In this document: positions 17,979 to 25,828 of the stretch, piece by piece | Layout: each line of letters opens with the position of its first letter | Position numbering within the stretch: position 1 is the stretch's first letter | From: a virus | Taxonomy: Duplodnaviria; Heunggongvirae; Uroviricota; Caudoviricetes | Reading direction: 5' to 3' (one strand) | Length of the DNA: 33,462 nt | Virus record (IMG/VR): IMGVR_UViG_638341087_000016 | Notes under the pieces: model-generated | The model's database searches: none | What the model was told of the DNA's origin: nothing | Seen by the model: only the letters and a program-made list of their open reading frames with translations | Made by a program: the position numbers and the translations under genes

Positions 17979-19040
17979 TTAAACAAACTCAAACGGTTCT
18001 TTGCTTCCGCCTGGCGCACTGCCAGGGCGGCGCGTATTGCCGTTTTCCATCGCTGACAACTTAGTCAGGACGGTAGTCAGCTGCGTGGTAAGGTTGTCCA
18101 TCTGGTTGCCAGCTGGCTGGCGACGGGCGGAAAAGTCACGGCGACGGCTGGCGCGTGGGCGCTTCGCTGGCGTCACATTGAATGACTTCATGACTTTTGC
18201 CAGGTTGGCTTTGGCGGCGCTGAATTCTTCCGCTTTGACTTCGTCTTCCGGGTTTTCGATAACGTCCTGCGCCAGCTCGGCCACCTCGTCGGCAGCATCA
18301 GCGATCTGGGCGGCAACATCTGCCACCACATCAGCGGCCTGTTCAGGGGTATCAACCGTGTCAGCATCACCCGTTGCGGCGTCTTTACCGCTTTTAAGCA
18401 GATCCAGCATTTGCTGAATGAGCGCTTTTAATTCTTCCATTTTTTCTCCGTCGCCCTCGGTGGGCTTGTCAGTGTTTGGCTCTGGGGTTGGCGTAAAATC
18501 TTTACTGGCCGAAAATAAACGCGACCAGAAAGAATTTTTTTTATCCGGTTTACTTGTCTGTAATTTTCCTAAACTGAATGTTTCCAGACTCCCGCGTTCG
18601 GCGTCCTTTTCTTCACCGGCTAAAACGAATTTAAGTTTTTCCGTTCCCAGACTTGCCGGAATATCCGTCACAGCCAGCCCAAAAAGATATTCACGACCAC
18701 TGCCTGCAAAATCAGTGACAAATTCTGCTGACGTAAATAACTTTTGCCCCTGCCGATTGGCATCAATTAAAAATTGATTTGGGATTAACTGGGCATATAA
18801 CTTCGTGACATCACCTTCCGTTTCCACTTTCAGCGCGTCCACTTCCCCCAGATTGCAGGTAAATTCACGTTCGCTGATATCGCATTGCGGATGGTGCGGC
18901 CAAATCATGGCCGTGTAGGTTTTGCGGGTGTAGGTTTCTGCCGCATCAATCAACCATTGCGGTTCAATGGTGCGACCGTCCACAGCCTTTCCAGATGTGG
19001 CAATACATAGCCAATCCGTGCGGTAATGAGATTGCGGCAT
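17979..19040 (-). CDS. O: Capsid scaffold protein O
   Basis: 353 aa; DGR.I...AET pattern and GLAVTD.PASLGTE motif as in P2 gpO; divergent from P. Confidence 0.8.
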   Translation of the reverse strand: MPQSHYRTDWLCIATSGKAVDGRTIEPQWLIDAAETYTRKTYTAMIWPHHPQCDISEREFTCNLGEVDALKVETEGDVTKLYAQLIPNQFLIDANRQGQKLFTSAEFVTDFAGSGREYLFGLAVTDIPASLGTEKLKFVLAGEEKDAERGSLETFSLGKLQTSKPDKKNSFWSRLFSASKDFTPTPEPNTDKPTEGDGEKMEELKALIQQMLDLLKSGKDAATGDADTVDTPEQAADVVADVAAQIADAADEVAELAQDVIENPEDEVKAEEFSAAKANLAKVMKSFNVTPAKRPRASRRRDFSARRQPAGNQMDNLTTQLTTVLTKLSAMENGNTRRPGSAPGGSKEPFEFV

Positions 19041-19216
19041 AACTGACCTTTAATAATGAATTTAATAACAATGATTCGTTTGTGGTGGTCAGTATTGCGA
19101 ATTGATTAAAACAGCGCGACCGCTTTATTTCTTATGTATTCGGTTATAAATACATAGCCACTTTTTACCGATATTTAATTATCAATTCTGCAAAATAATC
19201 CCGCCATAATAGCCGC
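19041..19216. promoter_or_regulatory. Divergent late promoter region between O and P with a dyad element
   Basis: 176-bp AT-rich gap between divergent head operons; dyad TTATGTAT...ATACATA at about 19133-19158 (TGT-N14-ACA). Confidence 0.4.
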
Positions 19217-21028
19217 ATGGCTAAATATTCCGATGAATTAAAAGAAGCGGCCCGCACGCTTTATATGAAAAGCTGGACGCCGAAAGATATTGCGCAGGAA
19301 CTGAATATTCCACCGCGTACAATTTACCACTGGGCTGATGTCGGGAAGTGGGCATCACTGCTGCCTGTTGAATCGGTGGAAAATGTCATCGCCCGCCGTA
19401 TCGACCAGCTCTCCCGCCGCGAGAAAAAAACAGCGCTGGAACTGGAAGAACTGCGCGATCTGATTGCTCACCATGTGAAACTCATGGCGCAGCGCAACAA
19501 ACACGCCGAAAAGCTGGCAGAAATTCAGGCCCAGAAAGCGGCTTATGATGGTGAAGGGTACTGCCTCAGCAGCGCAGGCGGGGAACCAGAGGAAAGAAAG
19601 CGCCGGTATAAGAAAAACGACGTTTCCGGTATTACACCGGAAATGCTCGACACCTGGGCGCGGGAACATCTCTTCGAGTACCAGCTGCACTGCCGCGAAC
19701 ATAAAGGCGAAGACTGGCGCTTCATTCTGAAAAGCCGACAGGTCGGCATGACCTATTATTTCGCCTGGGAGGCATTCGAAGATGCTGTCATTACCGGTGA
19801 TAACCAGGTCTTTTTCTCTGCAAGCCGCTCCCAGTCTGAAATCTTCCGTGAATACATCGTCCAGATCGCCCAGAACCATTTCGGCGTGACGCTGACGGGT
19901 AAAAATATCCGCCTCAGCAACGGCGCAATACTGCGCTTTTTGTCCACGAACGCCAGCACCGCGCAGGGCTTTAACGGCCACCTGTATGGCGATGAGGTTT
20001 TCTGGATCCCGAAATTCACGCGCCTGCACGAAGTTGCCAGCGCAATGGCAACGCATAACAAATACCGGACGACCTACTTTTCGACGCCCAGCGCGAAAAC
20101 GCACCAGGCTTACCCGGTATGGACTGGCGAAGCCTGGCGCGGGGACGACCCGAAACGCAAAGGTGTGGCGTTCCCGACAGAAAGCGAAATGCGCCAGGGT
20201 ATTCTCTGCCCGGACCAGATCTGGCGCTACATCATAACGATGGAAGACGCTATCGAAGGTGGCCTCGGTGCGCTTGTCGATATTGAACGGCTGCGCAACA
20301 AATACAGCCCGACCGCGTTCGCCATGCTCTACATGTGCCAGTTTGTTGACAGTAAGGACGCGGTGTTCAAGTTCTCCGCGCTTGTCGGCTGCGAAGTGGA
20401 CCGGGCCACATGGGGCGACTTTGATCTGACCGCTGCGCGGCCCTTCGGCAATCGCGAAGTATGGGCAGGCTTTGACCCGTCACGATCCGGCGACAACTCC
20501 ACCTTTGTGTTAATCGCGCCCCCCATAGAGGACGGCGAGCGCTTCCGCGTGCTGGCCGTCTGGCAATGGCAGGGCTTTAACTTCAGCTGGCAGGCCGACC
20601 AGATAAAGCAGCTTATGCGCCGCTTTAACATCACTTACATCGGGATCGATACAACCGGCATTGGTAAGGGCGTTTATGACCTGGTCAGCAAGTTTGCACC
20701 GCGCGAAGCCACACCCATTCTTTACAGCGTCGAAAGCAAAAACCGTCTGGTAATGAAGATGATCGACGTTGTCGAGCGTAAGCGCATCGAATGGGCAAAA
20801 GACGCCGTAGACGAAACGAACAAAGAGCGCGTCGAAATTCCGGCCAGCTTTATGGCTATCCGGCGCACGACAACCAACAGCGGCAACGCGCTGACGTTTG
20901 TTGCCGAACGTTCAGACGCGACCGGCCATGCAGATGTTTTCTTCGCTATCTCGCACGCCGTAATTAACGAACCTATCGATCACGAATATGACCGCCCATC
21001 GGGCTGGTACTTTGGGAAAGCAGCATGA
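19217..21028 (+). CDS. P: Terminase large (ATPase) subunit P
   Basis: 603 aa, P2 gpP-like; stop overlaps the Q start in ATGA. Confidence 0.85.
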   Translation: MAKYSDELKEAARTLYMKSWTPKDIAQELNIPPRTIYHWADVGKWASLLPVESVENVIARRIDQLSRREKKTALELEELRDLIAHHVKLMAQRNKHAEKLAEIQAQKAAYDGEGYCLSSAGGEPEERKRRYKKNDVSGITPEMLDTWAREHLFEYQLHCREHKGEDWRFILKSRQVGMTYYFAWEAFEDAVITGDNQVFFSASRSQSEIFREYIVQIAQNHFGVTLTGKNIRLSNGAILRFLSTNASTAQGFNGHLYGDEVFWIPKFTRLHEVASAMATHNKYRTTYFSTPSAKTHQAYPVWTGEAWRGDDPKRKGVAFPTESEMRQGILCPDQIWRYIITMEDAIEGGLGALVDIERLRNKYSPTAFAMLYMCQFVDSKDAVFKFSALVGCEVDRATWGDFDLTAARPFGNREVWAGFDPSRSGDNSTFVLIAPPIEDGERFRVLAVWQWQGFNFSWQADQIKQLMRRFNITYIGIDTTGIGKGVYDLVSKFAPREATPILYSVESKNRLVMKMIDVVERKRIEWAKDAVDETNKERVEIPASFMAIRRTTTNSGNALTFVAERSDATGHADVFFAISHAVINEPIDHEYDRPSGWYFGKAA

Positions 21029-22086
21029 CAAAGAAACAGCGTAATAATAAAAAATTCAGGTCCATGACCGGCAGCAAGGTTGAATCCTTCACGCCAGGGC
21101 GCGGAAGCGTGATCACATTTGGCGAACCCGAACCCATCCTGACGACCGGCACTGATTATCACAATATCTGGTATGACAATGAGTATGACCACTGGCGACT
21201 CCCGATTGATCGCCTGGCGCTGGCCCAGTTGCCGAACCTTAACGGCCAGCACGGTGGGGTACTGTATGCGCGGCGCAATATGGTTGCCGGTGGCTACATC
21301 GGCGGCGGCCTGACGCCTGACCAGGTCGAACAGGCTGTCTTTGATTACCTGCTGTTTGGTGACGTCGCTATCCTGAAAATTCGTAACGTATTCGGGGAAG
21401 TGATCGACCTGCTGCCGCTGCCGTCGCTGTATCTGCGCTGCCGAAAAGACGGGGCGTTTGCTGTTTTGCAGGAAGGGCCAGCACTTATCTATGAACCGGA
21501 AGACATCGTCTTTTTTAAAATGTACGACCCGCGCCAGCAGGTGTACGGCCTGCCTGACTATATCGGCGGCATCCATTCGGTGTTACTCAACAGTGAGGCA
21601 ACCATCTTCCGACGCCGTTACTACAATAATGGGGCACATATGGGCTTTATTCTCTATACCAGCGATCCGAATCTTACGCTGGAAATGGAAAATGAAATCA
21701 AAGAGAAGATCGCCCAGTCCAAAGGGCTGGGTAACTTCCGAAATATGTTTATCAACATCCCGAAGGGCGACCCGGAAGGGGTTAAAATCATGCCAGTGGG
21801 TGAAGTCAGCGCAAAGGATGAATTTGCCAACATCAAAGGGATAACCGCGCAGGATATCTTTACCGCCCACCGTTTCCCCGCTGGCCTGGCGGGTATCATC
21901 CCGACCAACGGCGCGGTAATGGGCAACCCTGAAACCGCCCGCACAACCTATCGCAAGGATGAAGTTATCCCCTTGCAGCGCAAGCTAATGAACGGCGTCA
22001 ATAATGACCCGGAGATCCCCGCACACTTGCACCTGGTTTTTGACGTGGATATCCCGGCAATTGCCACCGAAAAGGGCGAAAAATGA
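21025..22086 (+). CDS. Q: Portal protein Q
   Basis: 353 aa, P2 gpQ-like, downstream of P with an ATGA overlap. Confidence 0.85.
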   Translation: MTKKQRNNKKFRSMTGSKVESFTPGRGSVITFGEPEPILTTGTDYHNIWYDNEYDHWRLPIDRLALAQLPNLNGQHGGVLYARRNMVAGGYIGGGLTPDQVEQAVFDYLLFGDVAILKIRNVFGEVIDLLPLPSLYLRCRKDGAFAVLQEGPALIYEPEDIVFFKMYDPRQQVYGLPDYIGGIHSVLLNSEATIFRRRYYNNGAHMGFILYTSDPNLTLEMENEIKEKIAQSKGLGNFRNMFINIPKGDPEGVKIMPVGEVSAKDEFANIKGITAQDIFTAHRFPAGLAGIIPTNGAVMGNPETARTTYRKDEVIPLQRKLMNGVNNDPEIPAHLHLVFDVDIPAIATEKGEK

Positions 22087-22409
22087 GCGCAGTTAAGTTA
22101 AAATCCCCCCCATTATTAGCAATGGCGTGCGGGATGGTGAACATGCGAGTTTTTAAAATTAAATGTCCTGAATGCGGCTCACCGGCCATCATTCGCAAAT
22201 CTGACTGGAAAGATAAAAAACTGGCGTCTTTATACTGTGGCTGCACAGAAGTGGAATGTGGTCATACATTTGTTTATAGCGTTGAGTTTTCACATACCCT
22301 CAGCCCCAGCGGGCTGACCGGCAACAAGCTGGTTAAATTCCTGATTGACCGGCTCAAGCCGGAAGAACGTCAATTCGCGCTGGACCTGCTCAGTGGGCAA
22401 ACTACATAA
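22083..22409 (+). CDS. ogr: Ogr/Delta-family zinc-finger late transcription activator (candidate)
   Basis: KCPECG...YCGCTEVECGHTF Cys motif resembling P2 Ogr; start overlaps the Q stop in ATGA; the short form would start at ATG 22143. Confidence 0.6.
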   Translation: MSAVKLKSPPLLAMACGMVNMRVFKIKCPECGSPAIIRKSDWKDKKLASLYCGCTEVECGHTFVYSVEFSHTLSPSGLTGNKLVKFLIDRLKPEERQFALDLLSGQTT

Positions 22410-22480
22410 ATCCCACTGCTACACATAGATGTACGGCGCAAGCATCAATCCTTTGAACACCTAATGTACATTACATCCCT

Positions 22481-22509
22481 CCGCCGCACATTCAAATTGC
22501 GGCGGTTTT
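22481..22509 (+). terminator. Rho-independent terminator after the P-Q-ogr operon
   Basis: 8-bp GC stem ccgccgca/tgcggcgg with a 9-nt loop followed by TTTT. Confidence 0.6.
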
Positions 22510-22671
22510 CAAATAAGTAAAGGATTGCCCTATCCAGCCCATTGCCTACACATTATAAAATCATACTTTTACGCACTATCAATATCCTATATAAACAACA
22601 TAGAAACAATCCTTAGTGAATAAACGCGTTCAAACACTGTAAGAATAAATCTCTACAATGATACATTACAT

Positions 22672-25464
22672 TTAATCTGAAAGTTCACCAATATCATCCA
22701 TTGGTTTTTTATCATTAAAAGATAGACGAAGTTTTTGTTCATGTAATGCAGTGATTTTTTTACAACTATCTACAGAAATATAATAAAACGACAAGCCATC
22801 GTTATTAATAAATTCCAAATTAATCCTAATAGACATCAGCGCGTACATCAATGGATTTTCATCCTTGAAATTATACAACCCCTTAACTAAGGAAATATTC
22901 TCATCAGAAATACTTTCAATTTTCAAATCAAATAAATTAGTATTCCGCAGACAGGAAAATACGCTCAAAAAATCCATGTAGTAAAGACCAGGAGACCCCA
23001 AACCCAAAACTCCTTTTGAATCTGTTATTCTCATACCTTTTGAGTAACGGTAAACACTTGCCTCTCCTTTAACCATGTAATGAATTGTTATAAGCTTATC
23101 GGAAGGTAGTTCACTTACATCTTCGATCTCATTTACATCTTTATATTGGCCTTTAATTCCATCAAGCATTTTATGAAGCCAAGCATAGACAAACACTTCA
23201 GCATGATGTGAACTATTCATTGAATAATGCACTTTATCAATTGACTGCAAGACTTCTCTCTTATTAATCAATGAATAGAATGGATTGCAGACAACTGAAT
23301 TTGACACAGGAATAGAATCAATATCTACGAATTTATTAAAATACCCACCTAATGATATTGATACTTTATCTATGTATTTATTAACCAGAACCTTATCAAG
23401 GTCAGAAGAAACAATAGAATTTGCGATTAATTCATTTTTTACAGAAATTATACTTTCAAGATGCTCTGCAACCTCCATCCGATTTGTTTCTTGAGAAGAT
23501 CCTTCATTAATCAACTCTAATAAAGCTGAAAATTCATCACCTTTCAAATATGATATAAGTGATTGCAGTTCATGAGTTGTTATTTTTGTATTTTTAATAA
23601 ACTCTTTTTTATTACGTATAAAAATAGGATTGAGGTTGTTTTTATTAAATAATGTTTGAGTCATTAAAAGGGATACTGCTTTGAAAGCATCGTTATTTAT
23701 TGAAAAGGTTGCAACCTCATAATCAGGTATATCTCTTAAAGTTCTACTTGCATCAAAATCAGGTTCAGATGGGACTGTAAATATAACATCATACACGCCA
23801 CTCTTATAAAAAAGATCTTCTAGGAATGAAGGTGCTAACCATTTCATTAAATTCTGTTTTATTATTCTCAATTCCTCCTGATGCCCATCACTTTTTTCAG
23901 ATAAATAGCACAGCCTAATAATCAGTAAAGTTATAACCTGTCTTACACACGATACCATCTTGTTCTCAATGATACTAAGGGTTTCGCCATCATCAGATGA
24001 CTCTGGATAACGAAATTTCTCAGTCAAGAATCGAGTATTCAGGCTAAATGCCAAATAATTCTTTGACAAGATGTTGTCTCTCACCGTTGACATATATAAA
24101 TCAAAAAAACGATATTCTGGATCACCTAAACTATATTGAGCACGATGTTCCAATGACGGTGATATCAATTTATAAAATTCATCATATTGCTCATTATCAT
24201 AAATATACCTTCCCAAATCCATAATCGATCGAAGAGCATCACACACTATATTATAGTTTTTATACCCACTCACTTCAGAACTAACCTTCATATAAAAAGC
24301 AGCAAAAATTGAATACTCTATATTATTTTTTTTGTTAGTATAACCAAAAGAGTGATTGAGGTTATGTATTACTTTAACTAATTCAGTTTCACTAACTAAT
24401 GTGAAGATAGCTCTTATGCTAAAATCTAACGCTAACTCATTACCACTAAAAAGACTATTTCTTAAGCTAATAACTACTGCATCTTCATACTTACCGTAAT
24501 TCAAGAAGCTTTCAGGAGCTGAACTGAACACCAATCCTTTTTTCAATAGTTTTGTAACATTACTAATTAATAGCTCATCGATCGACGCTCCATCTTGCAC
24601 TTCAATATGAACCGATGAGGTTGATAGTGGATATATAAAGTTAAGATTCACGCGTAAATCAGTACGTACCACTTTCGAAAAACGCTCTAGCTCATTGTTA
24701 ATTTCTTTAAAGCAAATTGGACAAAAATCATTAATAATGACATTTTGATTATTTTGGAAAATATTTAACTTACGTTGTTCTTTATTGATAAAATCGGAAT
24801 CCCACCCATAATGAATATATTCAAAATCATTAATCATGTTTAAAAATTTATTTTCTATAGTTCTTCTACGTTCGTCAATCAATAAATAATCATTTTTAGC
24901 CTTATCAAGCTCAAAAAATAAACGATCAGTTATTATAGTTGGATTCTCAGTAACATTATATAATTTCAGATACATTGAACCATAATTAAAAATAAAGTAT
25001 AACGATACAAAAATGGATATAGCATAAGTAATCATGCCGCCACCACATGAAAGCAATACGATACCACTTAAAAGACTAAAAATAGAATTTAAACTAAACT
25101 TTAAAAAACTAGTTTTCCGCAACAACATCGACTTACAAATATTTTCAAAGCCATGTTCAGAATAATTAGAAACCTGACTAACAAACATTCCCATAAATGT
25201 AATTGATAGTGCAGCAATAGTTCCATGTATGCCTAAAACTCCCGCCCAAACACTAGTAGTCCAATTCAATGGGGAATTATTGAGAAAAGATGGTGTTACA
25301 AGTAAATACTTTACCCCTTCATCAACATATCTAGAGTAGATTACACCGGAAATACCCAACCCGACCAGAATAAAGTAGATCAAGAAGATAATTATAACTT
25401 CCCTATTTATACTTAAAAAACCATTATTAAAAATAATTTTTCTTTCCAAAATCAGACCCCACAT
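22672..25464 (-). CDS. Large membrane-anchored protein of unknown function; candidate single-gene anti-phage cargo
   Basis: 930-aa ORF with ATG start; about four N-terminal hydrophobic helices in residues 20-160 and a roughly 770-aa soluble region; very AT-rich coding sequence; no Walker A or other motif recognised by eye. Confidence 0.8.
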   Translation of the reverse strand: MWGLILERKIIFNNGFLSINREVIIIFLIYFILVGLGISGVIYSRYVDEGVKYLLVTPSFLNNSPLNWTTSVWAGVLGIHGTIAALSITFMGMFVSQVSNYSEHGFENICKSMLLRKTSFLKFSLNSIFSLLSGIVLLSCGGGMITYAISIFVSLYFIFNYGSMYLKLYNVTENPTIITDRLFFELDKAKNDYLLIDERRRTIENKFLNMINDFEYIHYGWDSDFINKEQRKLNIFQNNQNVIINDFCPICFKEINNELERFSKVVRTDLRVNLNFIYPLSTSSVHIEVQDGASIDELLISNVTKLLKKGLVFSSAPESFLNYGKYEDAVVISLRNSLFSGNELALDFSIRAIFTLVSETELVKVIHNLNHSFGYTNKKNNIEYSIFAAFYMKVSSEVSGYKNYNIVCDALRSIMDLGRYIYDNEQYDEFYKLISPSLEHRAQYSLGDPEYRFFDLYMSTVRDNILSKNYLAFSLNTRFLTEKFRYPESSDDGETLSIIENKMVSCVRQVITLLIIRLCYLSEKSDGHQEELRIIKQNLMKWLAPSFLEDLFYKSGVYDVIFTVPSEPDFDASRTLRDIPDYEVATFSINNDAFKAVSLLMTQTLFNKNNLNPIFIRNKKEFIKNTKITTHELQSLISYLKGDEFSALLELINEGSSQETNRMEVAEHLESIISVKNELIANSIVSSDLDKVLVNKYIDKVSISLGGYFNKFVDIDSIPVSNSVVCNPFYSLINKREVLQSIDKVHYSMNSSHHAEVFVYAWLHKMLDGIKGQYKDVNEIEDVSELPSDKLITIHYMVKGEASVYRYSKGMRITDSKGVLGLGSPGLYYMDFLSVFSCLRNTNLFDLKIESISDENISLVKGLYNFKDENPLMYALMSIRINLEFINNDGLSFYYISVDSCKKITALHEQKLRLSFNDKKPMDDIGELSD

Positions 25465-25756
25465 TTAATAAGACAACATGATTTATTAATTATCTAAAAA
25501 TCTCTGCAATGATATTGTATTACATAAATCTTCAAATAACATTAATCATTCTATCTTGAAACTTGTCTTAAACAAGATTACCTCTTTACTCTGCTGAGTC
25601 AAACAGCCTAGCCCACTCACTTGTATCACTCATCTTTAACATCGCAGCGTAGTTTCTAACTGGAGCATACCGAATATGACCGCTATTAACATTATGCCGT
25701 AACTGCATATTTAGATATTGGATTAGGGGCATCGCGCTGACAGAACTCAAATGCGG

Positions 25757-25778
25757 GCTCTTTGCCGCCCGCCCCCGC
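25757..25778. other. cos-like GC-rich element (candidate cohesive-end site)
   Basis: Minus strand reads GCGGGGGCGGGCGGCAAAGAGC, similar in composition and orientation to the P2 cos end as I recall it (GGCGAGGCGGGGAAAGCAC). Confidence 0.3.
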
Positions 25779-25828
25779 AGAATCACGCTATCCGACGCAA
25801 CCAGCTGCGACGGATAGCGTGATTTAAT

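Noticed and set aside
19355-20104. 249-aa minus-strand ORF inside terminase gene P
   Set aside because: Entirely antisense to a gene with clear P2 gpP similarity.
25586-25786. 66-aa minus-strand ORF between the 930-aa gene and gene A
   Set aside because: Its 5-prime end overlaps the cos-like GC-rich element and no ribosome-binding site was seen; it could still be a small accessory protein, so it is left uncalled.
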